From NCBI GenBank assembly GCA_031281275.1, contig JAITFP010000075.1:18056-82055 (forward strand): a stretch of DNA of 64,000 bases, read 5' to 3'. Under the pieces are notes generated by a model that saw nothing but the letters and a program-made list of their open reading frames with translations, made no database searches and had not been told where the DNA came from. A program made the translations under genes and the position numbers. Source of the DNA: Candidatus Fibrimonadaceae bacterium. Its GTDB lineage: Bacteria > Fibrobacterota > Fibrobacteria > Fibrobacterales > Fibrobacteraceae. Shown here piece after piece: positions 36,786-45,246 of the stretch; within the stretch, counting starts at the first letter, position 1; every line of letters begins with the position of its first letter.

Positions 36786-39700
36786 GCAGCCAAAAAACTC
36801 CCGTCAAGTTTTTCTATTGAATCTGCAATATCCTTTCCGCCCGAAAAATAAATTCCATCGGAATTTTCTTCATTTACACCTCGTATAAAAATATAATAAA
36901 CTCCGCCAAATTTTTCTTTGAAATTGAAGTTTTCGTATATTTGCTCTAACCAGCGTTTTAGTGCGGCTGCGTAGATATAATATTGCAAATGATAAGCACT
37001 ATTACGCATAGCTTCTTCCATTCCAGCATTTGAAAAATCGCCGAGGCTGTTTGATTTCCAGTCTAGAATATAATATTTTCCGTCTTTGCCCAAAAATACC
37101 AAATCCATTGCACCTTTTATGTATTTTGCGAGCAATTCCTCATTTTCAAAATTCAAGATTTTTTCTTTCATTATTTCTTTTATTTTTTTCAAATCCAAAT
37201 TCTCTGCTTTCATAAAAAAATTCAATTCCGCTGCCCTGTTGCTAGCTTCTATTTCACAAAGTTTTCCGGCTTCGCCTAAATTTTTATTCAAAATTAGTTT
37301 AACCCGTTTTTCAACCCAGGCTTTTCTTTTTTCTCCCTCAGCCGTATTTTTGGAAAATTCCTTAAAGCCGCCCAATTTGCTTTCCACCAAATTGCGAATT
37401 TCATTTTCGTTTGCATCAAAATCCACATTCTCAAAAATACTGTGCAAAAGAGTTCCCATCACTTTGCCAGCTGGAATTTTTATCTCTGCCTCTTGCAAAA
37501 TGTGAATATGGTCTTTATGTTCCAAATTTAGCGAAATTGATGAGAAACTCGTATGTTGCCAAGCTGGAACTATTTGGAAATTTTTCGATTTAGGCGGTTT
37601 TAACTGCTGGTCTTGCTCGTTTTCTGAATTTAATTTGGAACTTTTTGGATATTCAATATCTGCAAAGCTATTCACTATCTGTATATTTTCATCTTCAGAT
37701 ATTTTGCTGCAAATTTTTTGCCCCGTAGAATAGATTTCTTTATAAGCATATACTATATATAATCTGTAAATAGGGCGCGTAACTGCTACATAAAAATTTC
37801 TTGCAGATTCTTGCAGAATTTCCTTTTGTTCTTTTGATTTTGCATTATCACTACCTTTGATTATTTTTCTATTGGAAATTTCATATTCCACAATAATATC
37901 ATTTTCATTTTCGTTATGATAAACTGGTGGCGATTTTTCATAAATAGATTTACCTGGCATTTCACCAGCAAGCATTATGTCTGGAACAAAAACTACTGGG
38001 AATTCCAAGCCTTTTGAAGTATGAATAGTCATAATTTGAACCGCATCATCGTCTGTTTCCAATTTTTCCTCAATTTCTTCGCCGCTCGCACTTTCAATCA
38101 ATTCTGCAAATCTCCTCAACATTCTTTCGGGAACTCTGCCAAATAGCGTTTCTTCTTCATTTAAAATCCATATAAGCTGCCTTAAATTTGTTGCATTTCT
38201 CTCGCCATTTTTTGCCTTTCGTATTTTTCCCCAAAGATTGCAAGAATCAAAAAACGAATTTATAGCCCGCATTATTCCATAACGCTTCCATGTATCAAAT
38301 GCCTCCGCAAAAGGTTTTATGTCTTCTATGGATAATTCTTTTGTGGATACGTCTCTTGTTTCCATCAGTGCTGCTTTTACTTGGCTCTCCTTTTGGCAGT
38401 GCACAAAAGCCCTTAACAGGCGTACAATATAATCTGCGGCATTGCTTTTGAATACGCTATCTGAGCGGCGAATAATTGCAGGAATGTTTTTTTTGTTTTT
38501 TCTAAGGGCATCTCTATATTCTCTTGCCTCTACATTTGTTCTTGTTAAAATTGCTATATCTCTTGCCTTTATCCTTCTAGTTTTATTCGTATCTTTATCA
38601 GATATTTCCGTATTGGTTGAATACAGCAAGCGAGCTATTTCTTGTACAATTTCCGGTTTAATGGAATTAAACTCCTGAGTTTCTTTGCTCTTATATTCTA
38701 CCTTTCGCACTACAAGCGGTTTTTGCTCTTTGCCGTTTATTGTAAGTTCTGGCAGATTTTTTTTCCCAGATTCAATAATTTTGTACTCTATTTTTTCATT
38801 TCCAAAAGGATTTTCTATATCAAAAATTTTATTCAATGCGTATAATAATCTTTTTTGCGTACGAAAATTTTCCCCTAATGGATATTGGAATTTTGCTTCT
38901 TTTTTTGCGTGTAAGTAGGTATCAATATCTCCGCCTCTAAATCTGTAAATAGCTTGCTTTGGGTCTCCAATCATAAAAAACGATTTGCCCTTAAACAGAT
39001 AACTGAATATTTCGAATTGCATTTTATCTGTGTCTTGAAATTCATCTATCAAAATTGCTTTATATTTTTTTTGCACGGCTTCAAAAAGTTTTTTTTCGCT
39101 ATCTTTATCTTTTTTCACCGCTTTATATGCATTTATTATTAAATCGTTATAACCCATAACTCTTAATTTTTTCTTTTCCACTTGCAAGGTTTCCAAAAAC
39201 TCCTTCCCCATTTTATACTGCAACTTCGCAACTAAATTTTCTTCATTTTTCCCAAGTTCTTTAAATTTTTCAAGGTTATTATTATATTCTTGGAATAAAG
39301 GATTTTTGTCTATATATCTTTTCCCAATTTCACCGCCCTTATTAAATATCACATTTTCTTTCTCTACCGCCGCTTTAAGCCGCAAATAATTTTCTGTTAT
39401 ATAACTCACATCTTCATATTTTATTTTTGCAGCGGGAAAATTGATGACGTTCTCTATTCCCGTTTTTAAAATGTCTGGAGAAAATTTTGAAGGCAAATCT
39501 TTTATTTCTTCATTTTCTAATTTTTCAATTTCCTTTCGCCAAAAATCTGCTACTATTCTATCTTCTATACCTCTTTGATTTTGAACAAATTCCATTTCTT
39601 CAAAATTTCCAATTTCAAAATCAAATTCACTGAGCAACCTTCTGCAAAAGCCGTGAATGGTGAAAACAGGCATTTCGTCTATGCGAGCAATGGCATCTAA

Positions 39701-39961
39701 CAAATTTGCTTTTTGTTCCAGAGTTAAACTTTCGCCGCTACTTGAGGTATATTCCTCTCTAATCCTTTCAGCGGTCTTTTTTTTAAGTTCTGCGGTAGCA
39801 GCTTCCGTGAAAGTGATCAAAACTATTTTTTCTATAGGCAAAAGCTCTTTCAAAAGACGAAAAACTATTAACCCTATGGTATATGTTTTGCCTGTCCCAG
39901 CACTAGCTTCTATGAGGACTTTTTCGTTTAGCGGCAGGGCGTTGATGTTAAGAGGTTGCAT
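36782..39961 (-). CDS. recB: exodeoxyribonuclease V beta subunit (RecB-type helicase-nuclease)
   Basis: 1059 aa. VLIEASAGTGKTYTI Walker A, ILIDEFQDTD, UvrD-type helicase motifs, and a C-terminal nuclease GAMDLVFLGKDGKYYILDWKSN. Confidence 0.85.
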   Translation of the reverse strand: MQPLNINALPLNEKVLIEASAGTGKTYTIGLIVFRLLKELLPIEKIVLITFTEAATAELKKKTAERIREEYTSSSGESLTLEQKANLLDAIARIDEMPVFTIHGFCRRLLSEFDFEIGNFEEMEFVQNQRGIEDRIVADFWRKEIEKLENEEIKDLPSKFSPDILKTGIENVINFPAAKIKYEDVSYITENYLRLKAAVEKENVIFNKGGEIGKRYIDKNPLFQEYNNNLEKFKELGKNEENLVAKLQYKMGKEFLETLQVEKKKLRVMGYNDLIINAYKAVKKDKDSEKKLFEAVQKKYKAILIDEFQDTDKMQFEIFSYLFKGKSFFMIGDPKQAIYRFRGGDIDTYLHAKKEAKFQYPLGENFRTQKRLLYALNKIFDIENPFGNEKIEYKIIESGKKNLPELTINGKEQKPLVVRKVEYKSKETQEFNSIKPEIVQEIARLLYSTNTEISDKDTNKTRRIKARDIAILTRTNVEAREYRDALRKNKKNIPAIIRRSDSVFKSNAADYIVRLLRAFVHCQKESQVKAALMETRDVSTKELSIEDIKPFAEAFDTWKRYGIMRAINSFFDSCNLWGKIRKAKNGERNATNLRQLIWILNEEETLFGRVPERMLRRFAELIESASGEEIEEKLETDDDAVQIMTIHTSKGLEFPVVFVPDIMLAGEMPGKSIYEKSPPVYHNENENDIIVEYEISNRKIIKGSDNAKSKEQKEILQESARNFYVAVTRPIYRLYIVYAYKEIYSTGQKICSKISEDENIQIVNSFADIEYPKSSKLNSENEQDQQLKPPKSKNFQIVPAWQHTSFSSISLNLEHKDHIHILQEAEIKIPAGKVMGTLLHSIFENVDFDANENEIRNLVESKLGGFKEFSKNTAEGEKRKAWVEKRVKLILNKNLGEAGKLCEIEASNRAAELNFFMKAENLDLKKIKEIMKEKILNFENEELLAKYIKGAMDLVFLGKDGKYYILDWKSNSLGDFSNAGMEEAMRNSAYHLQYYIYAAALKRWLEQIYENFNFKEKFGGVYYIFIRGVNEENSDGIYFSGGKDIADSIEKLDGSFLAA

Positions 39962-39969
39962 TTGTGTAT

Positions 39970-39981
39970 AAGGTAGAAAAA
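39970..39981 (-). promoter_or_regulatory. TTTTTCTACCTT element 8 nt upstream of the recB ATG
   Basis: Minus-strand reading AAATTTTTCTACCTTATACACAAATG. Confidence 0.35.
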
Positions 39982-40026
39982 TTTACTATTTTACAAATAT
40001 GTCTCCAGCAGTTAAAGACTTTTTAG

Positions 40027-40037
40027 TTTACTATATT
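40027..40037 (+). promoter_or_regulatory. TTTACTATATT element 18 nt upstream of the ATG at 40056
   Basis: The same variant as upstream of recC and of 31882. AGAGG RBS between. Confidence 0.3.
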
Positions 40038-40055
40038 AACAAATAGAGGTTATTT

Positions 40056-40313
40056 ATGCAAGAATACGACAGGGAAAAGCATTTGAGAGACCTTGAATAT
40101 TTCAAGGAAAATCAAAATGAACTTTGTAAGAAATACAAAGGGCTTGTTTTGCTTTTGCAGAATGCTGCAGTTGTAAATGCTTTTAATAGTTTAAGAGAAG
40201 CATCTGACAAAGGCAAAGAAATGTTTGGTTATGGGAATTATTCAATACAGCCTTGTGTGGAAGGTGAGCCGGCGTATTCTATGGACTGTTATTCTCGAAG
40301 GATTAAATTTTAA
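40056..40313 (+). CDS. small hypothetical protein (85 aa)
   Basis: ORF with RBS. No family recognised with confidence. Confidence 0.4.
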   Translation: MQEYDREKHLRDLEYFKENQNELCKKYKGLVLLLQNAAVVNAFNSLREASDKGKEMFGYGNYSIQPCVEGEPAYSMDCYSRRIKF

Positions 40314-40468
40314 TGACAAACAATGCGATTACGTACAGATTTAATTTTACGGACGAAGTAAAAAAATATGTTTATGATTATCAAAAAGGTCTAGATAAAA
40401 GTGATAGCCCAAATACTAGACGTTTGGGTAGAATACTATTTGATTATTTGAATGAAGATGAGAAATAG
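40313..40468 (+). CDS. small hypothetical protein (51 aa), TAATG-coupled to the preceding ORF
   Basis: MTNNAITYRFNFTDEVKKYVYDYQKGLDKSDSPNTRRLGRILFDYLNEDEK. Below the ORF-track cutoff; read by hand. Confidence 0.25.
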   Translation: MTNNAITYRFNFTDEVKKYVYDYQKGLDKSDSPNTRRLGRILFDYLNEDEK

Positions 40469-40478
40469 GGAGGTTAAT

Positions 40479-40604
40479 ATGAAACAAATAACTTGTGAAT
40501 TGCTAAACGACAATGAAACAGTTTTTTCACTTATGTTCCACAGGATTTGGCAGAACGGGAAAGCATACCTAGTAGGTAGTGTTAGCCCTGATAGCCCTTT
40601 TTAA
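40479..40604 (+). CDS. small hypothetical protein (41 aa)
   Basis: GGGAGG RBS 5 nt upstream. MKQITCELLNDNETVFSLMFHRIWQNGKAYLVGSVSPDSPF. Confidence 0.25.
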   Translation: MKQITCELLNDNETVFSLMFHRIWQNGKAYLVGSVSPDSPF

Positions 40605-40615
40605 TTTTCTATATT
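40605..40615 (+). promoter_or_regulatory. TTTTCTATATT element 6 nt upstream of the ATG at 40622
   Basis: Exact consensus copy. Confidence 0.35.
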
Positions 40616-40621
40616 TAAGCT

Positions 40622-40729
40622 ATGACCCCAAACCCTAAAACCCATTTCGCCCCTCTTGCAGAAGATCTAGGTAAGAGTTTGGCTATTTGTATTGCTATTG
40701 AACAAATAGCAAAGGGTTTGGCAAGGTGA
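40622..40729 (+). CDS. possible 35-aa leaderless ORF (or 5' leader of the following gene)
   Basis: MTPNPKTHFAPLAEDLGKSLAICIAIEQIAKGLAR. Supported only by the motif position. Confidence 0.15.
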   Translation: MTPNPKTHFAPLAEDLGKSLAICIAIEQIAKGLAR

Positions 40730-40757
40730 ACAAAAATGGAGAAAGGAGAAAGATAAA

Positions 40758-41231
40758 ATGGAAATTCATAGATCAGATTTTCGTCCCAAAAGAATTATTT
40801 CTGTTAATTATGAATCATTTGAATGGTTTATAAACTGCCTTATAATTCTTAGCATTGCTCTTGCCGTTATAGAGTTTATATCGGCAGAATCTTATCAGTC
40901 ATTTATTTATATCCAATGTTCAATTTTGGGCATTTTTATATCAGAAATGGTTATAAAATATATTGCATTTGGCAAAGGGCTTTTCAAAAGTTGGAATCTT
41001 TTTGATTTTTTATCAGTGGTTTTAATTGTTATTTGCGAGATATTATTTATTTATGGAGGTTTAGCAACTATTTTACGAATTGTCCGAATAATTTTACGTT
41101 CTTTGCGATTTTTATTAAAAGCTAAACAAAATAAAGAGTATCTAGCAAAATTGGAAGAATCTTATAAGCAAATTCAAGAGGGGAAGAAAAGAACTCTTAC
41201 TATGGAAGAATTGGAGGATTTAGAAAAATGA
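40758..41231 (+). CDS. voltage-sensor-domain (S1-S4 of Ion_trans family) membrane protein with a YefM/Phd-like C-terminal tail; sits in the antitoxin position upstream of yoeB
   Basis: 157 aa. S2-S3 GIFISEMVIKYIAFGKGLFKSWNLFDFLSVVLIV (compare NaChBac-type F..E...R..A....FF+S.WNWFDFLIV). S4 LRIVRIILRSLRFLLK. No S5-P-S6. Tail NKEYLAKLEESYKQIQEGKKRTLTMEELEDLEK. ATGA overlap with yoeB. Confidence 0.55.
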   Translation: MEIHRSDFRPKRIISVNYESFEWFINCLIILSIALAVIEFISAESYQSFIYIQCSILGIFISEMVIKYIAFGKGLFKSWNLFDFLSVVLIVICEILFIYGGLATILRIVRIILRSLRFLLKAKQNKEYLAKLEESYKQIQEGKKRTLTMEELEDLEK

Positions 41232-41488
41232 AACCTATTTTTTCCGAAAAAGCTTGGCAAGAATATACTGAATGGCAAAATCAGGATAAAAAAACTATTA
41301 AACGGATAAATGAACTTATAAAAGATATTCGAAGAAATGGCTTTAGCGAAGGCATTGGCAAGCCAGAACCTTTAAAACACAAAGGGGTTTGGAGCCGCAG
41401 AATTGACGATTATAATAGATTTGTTTATACTGGCAACGAAAATAGAGATTTGGAAATAATATCCTGCAAGGGTCATTACGATTCCTAA
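41228..41488 (+). CDS. yoeB: type II toxin YoeB/Txe family mRNA interferase
   Basis: 86 aa. FSEKAWQEYTEWQNQDKKTIKRINELIKDIRRNGFSEGIGKPEPLKH...WSRRIDDYNRFVY...ISCKGHY closely follows E. coli YoeB as remembered. Confidence 0.85.
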   Translation: MKPIFSEKAWQEYTEWQNQDKKTIKRINELIKDIRRNGFSEGIGKPEPLKHKGVWSRRIDDYNRFVYTGNENRDLEIISCKGHYDS

Positions 41489-41523
41489 GTAACTTCATTC
41501 AACAATAGGAAAACAAATCAACA

Positions 41524-41535
41524 TTTTTCTATATT
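41524..41535 (+). promoter_or_regulatory. TTTTTCTATATT element 6 nt upstream of the ATG at 41542
   Basis: Exact consensus copy. Confidence 0.4.
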
Positions 41536-41541
41536 CCCAAT

Positions 41542-42150
41542 ATGGAAAAATACCAGATTATGATACAAAAACATCTAAAAAAATTAGACGAAAAAATTGA
41601 AATATTTATCAAATCGGGAAAACATTTACGAAATATCGCATTGATAGGCGTGGTATTTGCTGTAATAATAACAGTGAAAATTATAAATGCAATATTTGGG
41701 CAAACTTATGGTTCCGCAACAATCTATGGCAAAACATATAAAACCATTGTTATAGGCAACAAAACCTGGATGGCAGAGAATTTGAATCACGAAACACGAT
41801 TTTCAAAATGTTATGATAACGAATTCAGAAACTGCTACAAATATGGCAGATTATATAATTGGTACACAGCCCAAAAAATATGCCCTGAGGGTTGGCATTT
41901 GCCAGCAAATAACGAATGGGATGGGTTCTTTGCATCCTTGCTTGGTGGCATCGGTGTTCCCTATCCTACCGGCGACAGCACTATAGGTGCCAAATACTAC
42001 AATATTGACCATAGCGGCTATTGGTGGACTTCCACAAATTACGATATGGAAAATGCCATTGCCCGTAATATATACATAGATGAAGAACGCATTAAATGGG
42101 ACAAATTCGATAAAATAGGCTTGTTCAGTGTGCGGTGTGTTAAGAATTAA
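41542..42150 (+). CDS. membrane-anchored 'Fibrobacter succinogenes major paralogous domain' (FISUMP, TIGR02145-type) protein
   Basis: 202 aa with an N-terminal TM. IGNKTWMAENLN...YGRLYNWYTAQKICPEGWHLPANNEWD...GYWWTST. The 3' end overlaps the recC 3' end by 11 nt. Confidence 0.7.
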   Translation: MEKYQIMIQKHLKKLDEKIEIFIKSGKHLRNIALIGVVFAVIITVKIINAIFGQTYGSATIYGKTYKTIVIGNKTWMAENLNHETRFSKCYDNEFRNCYKYGRLYNWYTAQKICPEGWHLPANNEWDGFFASLLGGIGVPYPTGDSTIGAKYYNIDHSGYWWTSTNYDMENAIARNIYIDEERIKWDKFDKIGLFSVRCVKN

Positions 42151-45100
42151 AATACCCCCCAAACAACCTCTCAGAGCAACTCACAAATTCCCGTTCCACC
42201 CCCAAATCCTTCAAAGACTTTGCACTCCCTAAAACTTTTTTCGCATATTGAGAAAATTCTGCGAGTTCCCCATTAAAACCATTGCCGAAAATTTTTCCTT
42301 CCGCAACTTTTATTTTTTCTTCTTCGCTTTTATCAGATTTTAAATATTCCCAAGCAGCATCTGGGAAAATCGGCAACATTCTTTTTTCCAATTCCTGTTT
42401 TAGCTCCCATAATTTATTTAAAATTTCATTTGCTTCTTCTTTTGACATACCTCGCAATTCTATTACTGCATCTTTTAAAAATATTTTCGTATTTTGATTT
42501 TCATTCTTGGCATTTAAATTCAAATGATATAACCAATGTTTTAAACGATATTTGCCTTTATCTTTGTTCGGATAAATCCAATATGTTCCTTCCTTTTCAT
42601 TTTTTGCCTTTTCCTTTAACTCTTCCATTTCAATTGCCGTGCTGTCTATAATTTTGCTTGCAAATTTGCCGCTTGGCAAACTGCCTTTTAATTGGGAAAT
42701 TTTAACTTCTTCCATATATTTGTCGCGATTTTCATTTTTTAAAATCAAATCCGATAATTTCCACTTATCCAGCGCACTCTCTACAATGAAAGGTTCCTTA
42801 TTTTCCAATAGCTCAATAGGTTCTGGCAATTCTATTTTGCATACATATTTTAAAAAATACTTTGGAGCATCAGATAAAATTCTAAATAAAATATCAATAT
42901 CTCTTTTTTCTTCTGCTTCTTTGAATGAGGGTTTCCATTCCCAAATATTGCAATCAAAATTTTCAGAACTATGCCACCTATCATCATAAGTGCTCAATGT
43001 TCCGTTGAAATATTTTCTTGAAAAAGGTTGCAATGGATGTTTTACTATTAAATCTTTTTGTTCTATTCCATATTGTTCTTTCAAATTTTTCAAAAACATA
43101 ATCACTACGCTGGAAGGTTCAAGGTCTTCTGCAGTTTTTTCGCTTTGACCAATCCAACTTATGTAAAGTTTTTCCCTTGCACTGCAAATTAGCTCCAAAA
43201 ACATCAAGCGTTCCTCATTTGCCACATCTTTGTCGCCCTGTTTGTATTCTGTCATAAGGCTAATATCTTTGATTTGTCTTTGACGCGGAAATTCTTTGCT
43301 GTTCATTCCAATGCAGCAAATAACCTTGTGCGGAACAGCTCGTATTGTTTCAAAATTTGAAAAAGATACTTTGCCTGTCATAGAATATGATGATTTTGTG
43401 CTTGATTCCATTTTTCTCTGCAAAGCATTTTTCATCGTTGAAAAGCTAATTTGTACTTTTGAATTATTGCCAAAGCCTATGCATATTTCCTCTTTTAAAG
43501 AATTCCAAACATCTATGACTTTTTGGTAAGGGTCATCTTGGTCCTCGTTAAAATCAGTTGCATCATCGCCAAAAAATGCTGGCAAATTTTCCTTTAAAAA
43601 AACATCCCAGCCTTCTATTGATTTTTCCTTTTTGCTCTCAACATCAAATTTTTCCAAGGTTTTTACAAAATGCGCAAACTCGCCTAAAATATAAGCAGAA
43701 TTTCCCTCTATATCTGGATAGCAATAATCGCCAAGTTCAGAAAATCCATTTTCCGAAATCATAAAAAAACCCGCTTTCAACTGTTCAAATCCACCTGCAA
43801 AAGAATAATTAGGTGCTGGATCCGAGCTGTTAAGGCTATGCCGAATAGCATTTTCTTTAACCCATTTTTCCAAACGATCCCTATCGTTTGAATCCAACTC
43901 CCTGCCTTGCACGAACATTGAGTATTCAAACAAAGCGAGAATTTCTGGAGCTTCGTACCTACCGTCAATTTGAGAAAAGAGCAAATTCAAAAGTTGTGCG
44001 GTTTTATCGTATTTTTTTATATCTCTGTCTGCTATTTGAAATGGAATATCGTACCTGCGAAAAACGCTTTCTATTGAACTTGCATAAGTTTCAATGTTTG
44101 GAGAAACAACGGCTATATCGCTTGGCTTCAATGTTTTTTCCTCTGCAAATAAATCAAGCAAATAATCGCATAAAACTTCGATTTCTCTTAAAGGGGAAAA
44201 GCAACTGTTGAATGTTAGTCCTGTGTTTAAGGTACAAGGGACAAGGGATAAGGTATAAGATTTGTTGTTGTCTTGAATTATGTCATTTTGAATTTTTGAA
44301 AGCAAGGTTTCACTTGAATTCTTTTTTTCTGAGTTCAAAAATTCACAGGATATTTTTCCTTGTTCTTCGTACTGCGATATTTGCTCATAAATTACCTGCG
44401 CGCTTCTACCTAAATTTGCTATCAGTCTGTTGCCTAAATCCCAATATAGTTCATTTTCATTTGCAATTTTATTATTTGCCCAAGCCTCTTTTCGCATTCT
44501 TGCAATTTTCTTATCGCTAACAGAAGCCCCGATATATTCCTCGCTAACCTGAAGCAAATATAAATTCACTTTGCTGCCAGCCTTCGATAAATGGATTAAT
44601 GTTGATAGGTGAATTGGAGCAATTGACAAAGGGGCAAAAATGAAAATTTGTTTGGGCAAAAACTTTTTTTCGTTTTTTAATTCACTTTCAATAGATTTAT
44701 AAAGCTCATATATATTTTGTTCGTCTTTATATTTTTCTTTGAGTTCAAGCCAAAGTTTTTTTTGCCATTCTTCGTTTTTTGTAATGCTCTCATCTGGTTT
44801 ATTCTCTGTCCATTTTTCAATTAACTCTGGTCTGTAAATTTGATATGCAAAAAAGAGAGAAGCCAATTCACTAGCAAATAAGAATGTTTTTTTTTCGCCT
44901 TCCAGCAAAGCGTAAATTGCCCATACCAAATTGTGTGGGTTGTATATATTTTCTTTTTCGTCTTTTTTGTTTTGAGATAAATTGTAGGCACATTGCATTA
45001 AAAGCCCAACTAAGGGTTTGAAAGGCAATGCAGTCCATATTCCATATTTGTCTGCACAGGTTTTTTTCAAATATTCCTGCAAACCTTTTGATTCGCAAAT

Positions 45101-45226
45101 TATCAAACTACCACCAGTTAAAAATCCGCCTTTGGCGGCAGTTGCACCAAAGTTGCTTTTGGATAAAATATCTTCTAAAAACTTGTTAGCAAGCGTTTCT
45201 ATGTTTGTATGGAGGTATGTTTGCAT
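42140..45226 (-). CDS. recC: exodeoxyribonuclease V gamma subunit (RecC-like)
   Basis: 1028 aa. Size, the N-terminal MQTYLHTNIETLANKF (compare M..V.HSN.L..L...) and synteny with recB. Assignment is weaker than for recB. Confidence 0.65.
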   Translation of the reverse strand: MQTYLHTNIETLANKFLEDILSKSNFGATAAKGGFLTGGSLIICESKGLQEYLKKTCADKYGIWTALPFKPLVGLLMQCAYNLSQNKKDEKENIYNPHNLVWAIYALLEGEKKTFLFASELASLFFAYQIYRPELIEKWTENKPDESITKNEEWQKKLWLELKEKYKDEQNIYELYKSIESELKNEKKFLPKQIFIFAPLSIAPIHLSTLIHLSKAGSKVNLYLLQVSEEYIGASVSDKKIARMRKEAWANNKIANENELYWDLGNRLIANLGRSAQVIYEQISQYEEQGKISCEFLNSEKKNSSETLLSKIQNDIIQDNNKSYTLSLVPCTLNTGLTFNSCFSPLREIEVLCDYLLDLFAEEKTLKPSDIAVVSPNIETYASSIESVFRRYDIPFQIADRDIKKYDKTAQLLNLLFSQIDGRYEAPEILALFEYSMFVQGRELDSNDRDRLEKWVKENAIRHSLNSSDPAPNYSFAGGFEQLKAGFFMISENGFSELGDYCYPDIEGNSAYILGEFAHFVKTLEKFDVESKKEKSIEGWDVFLKENLPAFFGDDATDFNEDQDDPYQKVIDVWNSLKEEICIGFGNNSKVQISFSTMKNALQRKMESSTKSSYSMTGKVSFSNFETIRAVPHKVICCIGMNSKEFPRQRQIKDISLMTEYKQGDKDVANEERLMFLELICSAREKLYISWIGQSEKTAEDLEPSSVVIMFLKNLKEQYGIEQKDLIVKHPLQPFSRKYFNGTLSTYDDRWHSSENFDCNIWEWKPSFKEAEEKRDIDILFRILSDAPKYFLKYVCKIELPEPIELLENKEPFIVESALDKWKLSDLILKNENRDKYMEEVKISQLKGSLPSGKFASKIIDSTAIEMEELKEKAKNEKEGTYWIYPNKDKGKYRLKHWLYHLNLNAKNENQNTKIFLKDAVIELRGMSKEEANEILNKLWELKQELEKRMLPIFPDAAWEYLKSDKSEEEKIKVAEGKIFGNGFNGELAEFSQYAKKVLGSAKSLKDLGVEREFVSCSERLFGGYFNS

Positions 45227-45232
45227 TGTAAG

Positions 45233-45243
45233 AATATAGTAAA
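45233..45243 (-). promoter_or_regulatory. TTTACTATATT element 6 nt upstream of the recC ATG
   Basis: Minus-strand reading AACGTTTACTATATTCTTACAATG, directly after the stop of the preceding gene. Confidence 0.35.
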
Positions 45244-45246
45244 CGT

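Noticed and set aside
39962-42139. The recC-recB island as a mobile element
   Set aside because: No integrase, transposase, tRNA target or flanking direct or inverted repeats could be found by eye. I report it only as an insertion-like island.
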